Positions 13,495-25,400 of a stretch of 64,000 nt of DNA are shown here, piece after piece. Made by a program: the position numbers and the translations under genes. This DNA comes from Bugula neritina (lineage: Eukaryota > Animalia > Bryozoa), in contig OZ037770.1 in NCBI GenBank assembly GCA_964035545.1, forward strand, positions 7,632,973 through 7,696,972, given 5' to 3'. The notes beneath the pieces are model-generated. The model worked only from the letters and a program-made list of their open reading frames with translations, ran no database searches and was not told the DNA's origin. Numbering within the stretch: the first letter of the stretch is position 1; every line of letters starts with the position of its first letter.

Positions 13495-16400
13495 TATATA
13501 TACTACTGGTTGGTACAATATTACAGGTTGTAGATATGATATATATTAGTATATATACTACTGGTTGGTACAATATTACAGGTTGTAGATATGATATATA
13601 TTAGTATATACTACTGGCTAGTATAATGTTACAGGTTGTAGATATGAGGTGGGGGGTCAGAGATGAAGCTGCTCTAGATCATTCCGGACCCAAAACCTGT
13701 ATGGATGAACTCAGGTCTTGCCAAGAGTTATCTCTTGGACCCAACTTTGTGGTGAGGAATATCAGTGAATTGTTTGGAGGGAGGGTTTAGATAATTCATC
13801 TATTGATAACTCTATGTAATTAGGACAAACTATATTCAAATGATATGCAATTGATAAATTTGAAGTATCTTTTAAATTGAAGCAGCATGTTTGCGCTTTG
13901 ACCCTTGATATTGTAATGGATTTTAACGCTCTAGTAATTCTAGTAATTATATCGCGTCACTATTATAATGGACTTAGCGTAACTTTGTAAATACTGTAAT
14001 TATAGCTAAGCTCCTTGCGTAGCTTTCTAATGCCTCAAATATTGTAATTATAGCTAAGCTCTTAGTGTAGTAAATAGCGTAATGATTGTGAATTGCCCTT
14101 CCTATTATTTTTGTTTGTTTACTGTAATAGTTTTTGTGAGTTGTATTCCCTGCCACTTTTCTTTTTGTTTTATAAATAATTAACTATGTGAGCCGAAGCT
14201 TGTCCGAAGTCGGAACCGATGTCAGAGGAGCCTGTCCGAGATCGGACCGGATATTTCCGACATCGGTCGCCGGAACTCCGAACTTCGTACGAGCTTCGGA
14301 CCCCCTCAAGTGGCGGGAAATTCCCTGTATATAAGCGTGAGTTTTTCTAGTATGAATCAGTATACTACTGGAGCTCACAGATGAAGGAAGCAATAAATAC
14401 TATTAATTACAGTTTATCAAGACTCTTTATTTCATCATAAATAATTGGTATGCAGACTACTTAGTCTATTCTCATAACCTACAAAAATACAACATTGGTG
14501 GCAGCGGTGGGATTAGAATAGACTAGTACGACAGGCAGCCATTAGAGAGAAAGAAGAAACAGAACAATGGGAGAAGAAGGAGAAGTAGAAGTCATGAGGG
14601 AAGAAGTAGAAGAAGAAGAAGAAGGAGAAGGGGACTGTCTCACCATGGAGACTCTCATCACGGCCCTCCGAGAGGTCGGGAAGACCGGGCAGGCAGCACC
14701 TGGAGACAGGTATCGCCTGAGGCCCCCGATTTTCGGAGGCGATGGGTACATCGAACAATTCATCAGAGAGTTTGAGGAGGTAGCCACCCTCGCCGAATGG
14801 CCGGCACCGGTGCGCCTTCTCCACCTCCGTACCTGCTTGACAGGACAGGCAAAGAGTTATGCTCTGGGACCCAATACAGCACACATCTTTCAGTCCCTCA
14901 GGTCGCGTTTCGGGCTGACCGCCCGCGCCGCCAGGGACCGATTGCGCACCATACGCCGAGACAGGAAGACCTCACTCCAAGACCATGCAAATGCTATTGA
15001 GGCGCTAGTACAGGTAGCCCATAGCAATGACACACCCGAAGCACAAAGAAGCGCTGTGTATGAAGCCTTCTTCCATACCATTAGTAACCCTGGTTTACAG
15101 CGTTATTACTTGGCAGCCAAGGTCACCACCATAGAGGAAGCCCTAGCCTTGGGCAAGGCCTACTACCAAGTGGATGGACCTCAGTGTGCGGATTTCACCG
15201 CCTGTCAGATTGAAGAGCAACCAGAGGTCATTAAGCCGGACCAGCCAAGCCCACAGGCCATGGCAGTCGCTACCGCCACGCCGTCACCTGACCAGATGAC
15301 CATGCTGATGGACATGGTAAAAGGCCTACAGGCTGACATGAAGCGAATGCAACAAGAGCAGACTGATAGGCGGGCACCCAGACCTCGGGGCGAGCCAATC
15401 AGTACTTCACACCTCACATGTTGGGGATGCGGAGCCAGGGGACATGTGCGGAGACAATGCCCCCAGGAAAGGAGGGTGTCTTTAAACACCCAAGGCTCAC
15501 GGTAATTTCCGCCAACCGTGGGCCCCAAGCCAACCCCATCCGGGAAGAGACGACCCAAGGAGCCTCTTCCAGGCCCATCGAAGCTACGTGGCAGGCTCAG
15601 CAGAGACGTCGGAGACCGAAAGGTCTGCCCGACCCTCTAATCCAGCCACCTACAACCCGGGTGAAATCTCAAAATGCAGGATGGCAGGCACCTCGGAGAT
15701 CTCAGAGACCGCAAGGTTTACCCGATCCTCCGGCCTGGCCACTCCAAAACCGGTTCGCGGGGTTGCCCGAAGAGGCTGCGGAGGAAGATTCAGCTTACTC
15801 GCAAGAGTATCCAAAGCTACCCTCCCAGCCTCAGAAAACCCCCGTTGTCTGTAAGACAAAGAGGAGGCCCGCTGTAAGGACCCAAGAAGTGTCCCCCCCC
15901 CAGAGACCGACCGACCCAGGAGCACCCAGCCGTACGGAAGCAGCTACTTTCTGCCCGGAAAAATTTCTAGTAAAGCTGCCACCTTCCTGCTGGACACAGG
16001 GTGCACTACAAACCTGCTAAGTCGGCGTCTCTTCGACACCCTTGGTGCCCAAGAGCGGGCAAGCCTCGAGCCGTACGAGGGAGCACACGGTACGTTGGCG
16101 GACGGATCGTGTATCCCCTTCTACGGCATTCTCACACTACCGGGACGAGTCCGTGATCAAGTAATTCACGAGACATTCATTGTCAGCCACCTGAAGGAAG
16201 ACGCCATTCTGGGAATGCCATTTCTGGAGAAACACCAGTGTCACATGGATTTCCAAAAGTCGGCAGCGGTAATGGCTGGAAAAGAACTTGCCTGTGTGGA
16301 CAAGTTATGTAGGCCCTTGGTGGGCGGAGTCCAGGTAGTACGGGACTGCACGATTTCAGGGAGATCCCAGGCTACTCTCCGATGCAGAGTCAACTGCAGA

Positions 16401-19400
16401 GAGATCGCCGCACTGGGAGTAGTAGAGGGAACGCACGGAGCAATCCGACTAGCAAACAGCCTAAATCGGCTGGACTGTCGGAGAGAGCTCCTCGTACAAT
16501 GCATCAACCCCTTTGCGGAATCGGTTCGATTATCGGCTGGTGCACTGGTGGGGAAGTACCACTCCATCCAAGAGACAGATGTGGGTCCGGCACTGGAAAC
16601 AGTGACAGACACCCAGGGAAACCCCCCTCACAACCACCGAGAGGCAGTCCCGGAACATGTGACTGGCCTATACGGCGGAGCATGTGGGAACTGTAGGAGT
16701 AGTGCTGAACGCCAAACACTGGCTCAGCTACTCACAGAATACAGCGATGTCTTCAGTCGTGGGGATGGGGACATGGGGCTGACTAAAGTTGTCTCCCACG
16801 AGATACCCCTAGCAGCGGGCACCATTCCCATCAGGCAACCCACCCGACGTCTGGGCCCAGAGAAAGAGAAGGAGGTAAGCTGACAGGTGCAGGATCTTCT
16901 CGACCGGGACCTGATTTAGCCTGCCCACGGTGCGTGGAGCTCTCCAGTAGTCCTAGTCAAGAAGAAGGATGGTAGCTAGAGGTTCTGTGTGGACTACCGC
17001 AGACTCAACAGCGTTACCATCCAGGACGTTTATCCCCTTCCACGGATAGATGAATCCCTGGATGCCCTGGCGGGTAGCCAGTACTTCAGCACTCTGGATC
17101 TGCTTAGCGGGTACTGGCAAGTACCCCTCAGTCCTGATGCCCAGGACAAGGCAGCATTCATTACACGCGATGGGCTCTGAAAGTGGAAAGTACTGCCGTT
17201 TGGACTTACGTCTGCCCCGGCAACCTTCCAAAGACTCATGGAGCAAGTCCTCAGTGGGTTACACTGGAAGACTCTCCTCATCTATCTAGATGACGTCATT
17301 GTCATCTCCCCAGACTTTACGACTCATGTCAGTCGTTTGCGGGAGGTCTTTGACCGACTCCGGGCTGCTGGACTGAAGTTGAAGCCCTCCAAGTGTGCGC
17401 TCCTACAGCACGAAGTCACCTACCTGGTTCATGTGGTTGGCCGTGATAGGGTCGCTACCGACCCAGAGAAGGTACAGGCTGTGAAGGAGTGGGCCGTTCC
17501 CCGGGACCTCTCCGAATTGCGGGCATTTCTGGGCCTGGTAGGGTACTACAGGCAGTACGTACCCGGGTTCGCAGGGGTGGCTCAGCCTTTGAATCGGCTA
17601 ACCGCCAAAGGAATCCGGTGGCAGTGGACACAGGAGGAGCAGCAGGCATTCGACCACTTTAAGCAACGGCTGATGGAGGCACCGATTCTGGCATATCCTG
17701 ACCCAGCCAAAGAATACATCCTGGACACCGACGCCAGCGACCATAGTGTGGAAGCTGTTCTGTCCCAAGTCCAGGGTGGAAGTGAGGTAGTCGTGGGCTA
17801 CTACAGCAAGACCCTCGCGGCCGCCGAGAAGAACTACTGCACTACTAGGAAGGAACTCTTAGCAATAGTCAAGGCGGTCAAGCACTTTCGGCCATATCTG
17901 TATGGGAGAACGTTCCGTTTGCGAACAGACCATGCGTCACTGATATGGCTGTGCAAACGTGCGGAGCCCTCGAGCCAGGTAGCTCGTTGGCTAGAGATTC
18001 TTGCCGAGTTCTCTTACCGGATAGAGCACCGTGCTGGCAAGAAACACGGAAACGCTGATGGCATGAGTCGCCGACCGGTAGAGAACTGCAAGCAATGCCT
18101 GCACATCGAGAAACGTGATGGGGGACCTGCTCGCCTTGACGTCGAGGCACAGTTGGGGGACGGCAACGTCTATCGTTGGGAGCACGGCCATCTTCGGCCT
18201 GAAACCCACTCAGACGACAACCAAGCACTTCGTGCTAACCCCACATTGTACCAGAACGTCAAGGAGCTGTGTCGACTACAAGAGACACTTCCCGGATCGG
18301 TAGCTGACATCTTCCGGGCCAAGAAAGAAGGCAGATGGCCCTCAGAAGAACAGCAATGACAAGGAGACGCAGAGTTCCAATTCTTCTGCCGTCGCTGGAA
18401 TTCTCTCCAGATCCGTTCAGATGGTCTCCTGACGATAACGCTCGCAGTAGACAACCGGCAACAGGAGAGGGACCGGGTCGTGTGCCCACGCGCCTTCCGT
18501 CAAGAGATTATCTGGGATACTCACAGACAGGCCCATGCTAGAGTCAGCCGGGTCATCAGATGCCTACAGATGCGATGGTATTGGCCCGGCATGACCAGAG
18601 ATGTGCGACTGAGGGTTCGACAATGTGAAGTCTGCCAAGCCAGCAAACACGGGCGCCCCACCGAGACCACAGGTCGGCGCCGGCTGTACGCCGGCCGACC
18701 CTGGCCGACCCTGGCAGGTCGTAGCCATAGACCTTGTGGGACCAATGCCCACCACAGAAAAGGGGAATTCCTGGATTTTGGTCTTGACGGACCATTTTAC
18801 AAGGTGGGCGGATGCCCCGGCTATTCCCGATGCATCGGCACCCACGGTGGCTCTGACCCTGGATCAAAACGTGTTCTGCTACTTTGGCCTACCCGAACAG
18901 ATACACTCTGACCAGGGCGCCCAATTTCAGTCACAACTGTTAAAGGACCTTTGCCAAGTATGGGGGGTGAATCAGAGCCGAACCACCCCGTACCACCCTC
19001 AAGGAAATGGAGTGGTAGAGAGGAATAACCGGATGCTGGGTGATGCACTCCGGAGTCTTTTGTTGGGGAGGAGCCAAGAAGAGTGGGACACCATGCTACC
19101 ACAGATTATGCGGGCCTATCGAAGCACCCCTCACTCCAGTACACAAGAGCCTCCGCTATACCAGGAAGGGGACTGGGTGTGGATGATCAGTTACAGGAGG
19201 CGGCGCGGACAATCGGCTAAATTACAGCCTAAGTTCGTAGACCCCTACTGCGTGGTAGAGGTTTTACCCAACCATACATACCGTGTGGAGCGCTCTGGAC
19301 AGATATCTGTCCAAAACGAGCAACGGCTAAAACCCTACCATGGAAGCCCAGAAGCTGCGGGACAGGCACCACCACTATTAGAGCCGGCCCGCCAACCCAT

Positions 19401-22400
19401 ATCCCGTGGGAGAAGGAACCAACCCAGAGATTGGGAAATTTTTATTCGTAATCCCGAGGAGCCCGACAATAGCCTGAGACCTCCGCCACAGAACCCACCC
19501 TCAGTTCCTCCTACTCCGGATCCATTCCCTAGGCCCACACAGATAGAGGACCTCTCACCGCCGCCAGATAACCCAGGACCAGTCACATCACCCGAAAACC
19601 GGGAGGAAGTACCTCCCATACACAACACTCCAGACCGGCCAGATACCTCAGTCTCCAACACCTTGGAGAGAGCCAGAAGAGACAGGAAACCCCCCAAGTA
19701 CTTGGCTGATTATCACATAGGGCGTTTGACTGGCCTCCAGTCATCGAGTTGTTCACCCAGTATGGGTAAAGACTCCAAGCCTCGAATGCAGAGTAGCCCT
19801 GAAAGTGCAGGACAACTTCAGGTACAGCAACTCGCAAACCAGCCCAGACACATAGTAGACGGCTACCCACCTAGTGTTAACCCAAGTGGACAACGGTGCC
19901 CTAGACCTACCGATGGCCTTGACCTCACCCAGAGAAGTGACTTAGACGGAAGAATTCAGGCCTTATCCTGCCACCTCGATCAATGCACAAGGGAGATAGA
20001 GAGCCTGATACGCCGAATCCGATGACTGAGACAAACAACTGCGAACCACCAGCATTCAACGCCCCGGACGGAGGCTAAACTGTTTTTCTGTTATCGAAAA
20101 GGGAGATGATTTTCGATGGGGGGGGGGAGAATGTAATGGATTTTAACGCTCTAGTAATTAATATGCGTCACTATTATAATGGACTTAGCGTAACTTTGTA
20201 AATACTGTAATTATAGCTAAGCTCCTTGCGTAGCTTTCTAATGCCTCAAATATTGTAATTATAGCTAAGCTCTTAGTGTAGTAAATAGCGTAATGATTGT
20301 GAATTGCCCTTCCTATTATTTTTGTTTGTTTACTGTAATAGTTTTTGTGAGTTGTATTCCCTGCCACTTTTCTTTTTGTTTTATAAATAATTAACTATGT
20401 GAGCCGAAGCTTGTCCGAAGTCGGAACCGATGTCAGAGGAGCCTGTCCGAGATCGGACCGGATATTTCCGACATCGGTCGCCGGAACTCCGAACTTCGTA
20501 CGAGCTTCGGACCCCCTCAAGTGGCGGGAAATTCCCTGTATATAAGCGTGAGTTTTTCCAGTATGAATCAGTATACTACTGGAGCTCACAGATGAAGGAA
20601 GCAATAAATACTATTAATTACAGTTTATCAAGACTCTTTATTTCATCATAAATAATTGGCATGCAGACTACTTAGTCTATTCTCATAACCCACAAAAATA
20701 CAACAATATTGCAGTGCATGCAATTTTTACAGTGTTTACTGGGTCAAAGATATGGAAATAGACCTCTTCAAGCTAAAATCCCTAAAATCGAATATCAAGT
20801 CATCATAGAATCTTTAAACAATTTATCAGAAGAGGAAAAAACTGAACTAAATTTAGATATCCCCCTTCTCGATTTCTGGTATCAGTGTGATGAGAATAGC
20901 GAGCCTCCAGCTATGATACTTACTGTAAGTGTGCATTTACTATATAATATATTTACATACTCACTATAGGAGTATTTTAGGTTCAGTGTCATAAATATAG
21001 TGTGACTCATTTTACTTAATTTAGTACACACTGGATATCTTCAGTTTTTAGCCATTTTTCACAATTTAGCTGGTAATGAACATGACTTTTTGCCCAAAAC
21101 TAGTAAAGCAACAATAAATACACCGAAACAATTAAGGTTCTTTTTAATTTTGCTTGATTTCCCATGCTTTTTCTTATATATTTAGTTTATTAGGAGTGCG
21201 GACCATTACGAAAAACTGTAACGATCCGCAACCAAAAGTAGCTGAATAATTAGGAAAAGACATGGGAAATCAAACAAAATTGAAAAGAACTTTGATTATT
21301 TAGATGTATTTATTGGTGTTTTACTAGTTTTGGCCAAAAACCCGATGTCCATTAGCAGTTAAATTGTGAAAAATAGCTAAAACCTGAAGATATCCAGTGT
21401 GTACTAAATTAAGTAAAATGACCCATATATGATAATAATATAATAAAAACCTATTGCATTTGTTTATCTCTCACAAAGTTATGCACTCCTGTAAGCAACG
21501 TATATATTATTGCCATGTTTATACTTGTGTGTGTATATATGTACGTTCGTGCACGCATGTGCAAGTGTGTATGTATATGTACATATGTGTAGGTTTATGT
21601 ATGTATTAGAACCTGTATGATCCTGTCAACATAATAATTGTACAAATGTTTTGCCAGCTTGTGCGTAAGCTATGTAAAAAAGGGCTATTTTTGTTTGCTT
21701 GATTCGATTTTCTGGAATTTGTAGCATTAAGTTTAACATGAATCTTAAGCAGTTAGAGACCCAACTAATGACCCTTGCAAATGGACATTTAAGTTAATAA
21801 TTTATTTTACTAGTTTTTACTTACCATACTATTGTTACGCTTTCTAAATTCATCTGTGGTCTGTTTCCTGCTTGCTGCTCTACGCAAGAATTGGAAACAG
21901 TGTGAGAAATCTTGTTTTGAAAATCAATTAAAGATTGTTTACAAGTTATGTAGTAAAAGATGAGATTTACCATTTTATTGTTTAAGTTACAATGATTATA
22001 ATAACGGAATAAATCTAATCACTTAAATAATTTTGTTAATTGCCTCAAAAATACTCATTTTAATCATTAAATACTGTTCAAAGTTTTATTTTTTAAGTAA
22101 TCAAATCAGAGTAATCTAAAAAACAGCTGTGGATTGAGAACTAGTAAATAACTTTCCTTATTTATGAATAATTCTCGATTGAAATGAATTCATGGAATTC
22201 ATTCACTACGATTTATTGTGCCGGTCATTTGATTATGATTTATATATTTTGTGCGTGTGTGATTGGGTATGTGTGTTTATATATGTTGATATAGTGTGAA
22301 TATATTTATGATATGTTTTACATTAAGTTTATATTAATGATATGTTCTATATTGTTGATATTTTAAAGCCTTTAAATGAAAAAGACTCTCATCGAATGGA

Positions 22401-25400
22401 AGTTTCCGAGTTCAAACCAATTCGTCAGAAACTACACGACCTTCTCCGAGTTGGTTCTAAACTTGCCGTAAGAGATGGGAAAATGTCGATAGAGGATCAG
22501 AAGAAGTACTTCTGGTCTGGTGGGTGAACTTTTACCCTTCATCTCTCTATCTTACAATGGTGTTGTATCAATATGTGTGTGGAAACTGTAGGACTGATAA
22601 CTGACCGTAGTTTATATTTAGAGACTAATTTGAGTGATATGAGGTGGCTCGCCTAGTAATACATTTCATGCATTCAAATGTAGCTGACTGAAATAGAAAT
22701 TAAGCATTATAAAAATATAGTAAATAATGTCAGTAATTTAACTGCTTGCCATCTTTAGAAGTAAAAGGGTTTTGTATGTTGTATATCTTCAGTATTATGA
22801 ATTTACTTGTACTATGCTGTATAAAGCCACTTACTCTCAAATGGTTGGCATGCATGTTACACAACTATTATTCAACAAATAAAAAAACTTATACTCTGTC
22901 AACAAATGTTCTATTTTTATCTCATTCCATACAATTGTTTAGTAACTGAAGAGGAAGTATACAAAGGTGTACTGTCTCAGGAGAATCCTAATGATCACAC
23001 GCTGTGCTTTGTTCGGGAAATTTATGACATTGACTACAGTCACAGTAAAGTAGAGAGATTTGTGGAGCTGGAAGATGGTAAGTTCTCAACTGTAGATACT
23101 GGTGTGTAATATGCTGGCTGTTGTTACTGCGGATGAACCGCTCATGAACTTTTCTAACCTTAGAACCATGTTTTTGCAGCAGGGATTGCAAGCAGAGATG
23201 ATCAATTGTTATTTGAAGTATTAGGAAAGTTTTTTTATCCAATTTTTATTCTGGCAGCATAAAAGGTGATTAGTGACAGCAACACTTTTGCACGTGTTAC
23301 ATTTTATCTTGCTTAGTAATTAGTCAGTTGCTATATAAGAATATATTTACTAGTATAGAAGGCAGAGACTTTAATGGAGGTTTGTGGAGCTCATAGTTGT
23401 AGAACTACTTTCAAATGCAAAGTTGATATGCACCTAAGTCTAGACTCTAGATAATGATTAAGCATGATTAAAAGTGTTCAGAGTGTTCAGAGAAGGTTTA
23501 CTTTTCTCTATATTTAACTATTCAACTTCAGTGTCTAGCTTGGTTATATAAAGAGACTGCTAATGACTCATTGACCATTGAATCATTGAACATATACAAT
23601 ATTTAATTTGCTGCCTTTAATCAGTGTGTAAACCATCCTGAAATAGTGAGAGTTATTCACATCCAGGGACTAAGAAAGTCAATGAGGAGACAACTCAACT
23701 TATCACTCAGCTGGTGTCGGATACGGAGAAGTGCCTGGGGCCAGACAACTTCTACAGGTTCCCTAAAGTAAAGTGGCACCCCAATGGTGGCACAAATGAG
23801 GATAGCTTGAGTGATTATCTTGTTGAACTGGGAAAGATGTTTGAAGAAAGAGTTAAAATGCTAATCAAGAGGGTATGCACTGTTACACGGCCTAAATAAG
23901 CATATTATTGTAGTAACTTGTGGGTTATTTAATGTAATCAGGCAGAGAACATAACTCCTTGTAGGAGAAGAGATAAGAGAGTATAGAGCAGTGTGCGCTG
24001 TAAGTCTTTATTGGTATTGTTGTTCCTCCCAGTCTGAGCTCCGGTCTTCAACTGACTAGAGCTCAAACTGTGCTTCCTTTTATACTACCCAGGCAAAGGG
24101 TTTGTGGAACCGAAGTTCGGCAAGGTGTGCTGACATTCGGAATGTTGACAAGCCAGCGGGCTGAATTTCGGTAGACTGCCGGTTTACATGAGTTAGCAAA
24201 ATTGAACCCAACCAAGTGTGGGAAGGGATTAACTATTTACAATGCTAAAAGCTTAACAATGGCTATAGTATTTAAGGTATTAGAAAGTTACCCAGGAACT
24301 TGGCTATAATTATAGCATTCAGAAAAATAGCCATAAGTGATGTGTCAAGGGGGATGACTTTAATATTTATCACAGTATCACATGCACTCCGCAGCTTCTA
24401 TAGAAAACCTTTGGCTACTATGGCGCTGTTTCCTGTTGTGTACTTCCTGCTCCTCTCTCTTCTACATGGCCTATTACAAGCCTCTAGTAAGTCATGTTGG
24501 TGTTGCAGGCTGCGGAAAAGTCAAACCCTCTGAAAGACAACCCTTTCAGCAGTCTACTCACCGAAGTGGCCGAACATGGCTACCAAGCTTTGGCCAAAAA
24601 TAAAACATTCCAAGGAAGAGATGATATCATGGACAAAATCAAACAGTACATTCTGTCAGAGTATGTTGGCAAATGTATCATCTACTTAGAATTTTGAAAA
24701 GCTGCAGAAGTAATTGATTGGTGATAATGTTTTGTGTCTACTAATAGTTTCAATATATTCATTTATGAATGATGAAATCACGGAGTGGCCCTTATTTGTC
24801 ACCAAACAGTACCGAAGTTATTATATTGCAGTTATAAATTCTCTTGTAGATCTCATCTCCCATTCATCATGTATGGAGAGTCAGGGTTCGGTAAGACGAG
24901 TCTGCTGGCGGTGGCATCTGCCAGAGTGTATGACTGGTGTGGTAATACTAATGATCTCATTGTTATCAGAAGGTTTCTAGGGACAACTCCAGACTCTACT
25001 AACATTGGCTCTCTTATGAACAGTGTGACTAAGCAGATCTCCTTGGCCTGTGGGTGTGTAAACAAGTCTCATATTAGTTGACATACAACTAAACTTTTAA
25101 TCTTTTTTAATTACAAATTGAAGTCAAACAATTTCAAATTATATTGCGATTAGCGCATTAAATATTTTATAAAAATTAATAGAATTTTTTCATGTACCTA
25201 ATATGTTTATTCTAATTGTGTTGGTTCGATGATTGATCACTTATGATGTGTCATATGATTTATATACATGAACCTATATAGTGGTTTGTTGTTTTCAACA
25301 GTAAAGTGTTAAACAGAACACTTTTGGAAATTTATAGTCATATTGTTCATCTAATTTGTAGGAATTGCATATATATTACGTTTTACAAGATAAAAGCATT

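Larger units (their letters stand above)
13912..20705 (+). mobile_element. Ty3/Gypsy LTR retrotransposon, near full length (6794 bp), coding-defective, in an NWD intron
   Basis: LTRs at 13912-14494 and 20132-20705 (TG...CA) with 4-bp TSD ATAT (13908-13911 / 20706-20709), PBS and PPT. Domain order is gag-PR(LLDTG)-RT(YLDD)-RNaseH(DTDAS)-IN(HHCC, DDE, GPY/F-like). Confidence 0.97.

Noticed and set aside
15893-15901. Second programmed frameshift at the C9 run
   Set aside because: There is no evident stimulatory structure. A homopolymer slip or sequencing error is simpler given the other pol lesions, and sibling copies are needed to decide.
14513-19870. Numerous antisense and alternate-frame ORFs within the Gypsy element
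   Set aside because: These are expected by-products of GC-rich coding sequence and show no recognisable domains.
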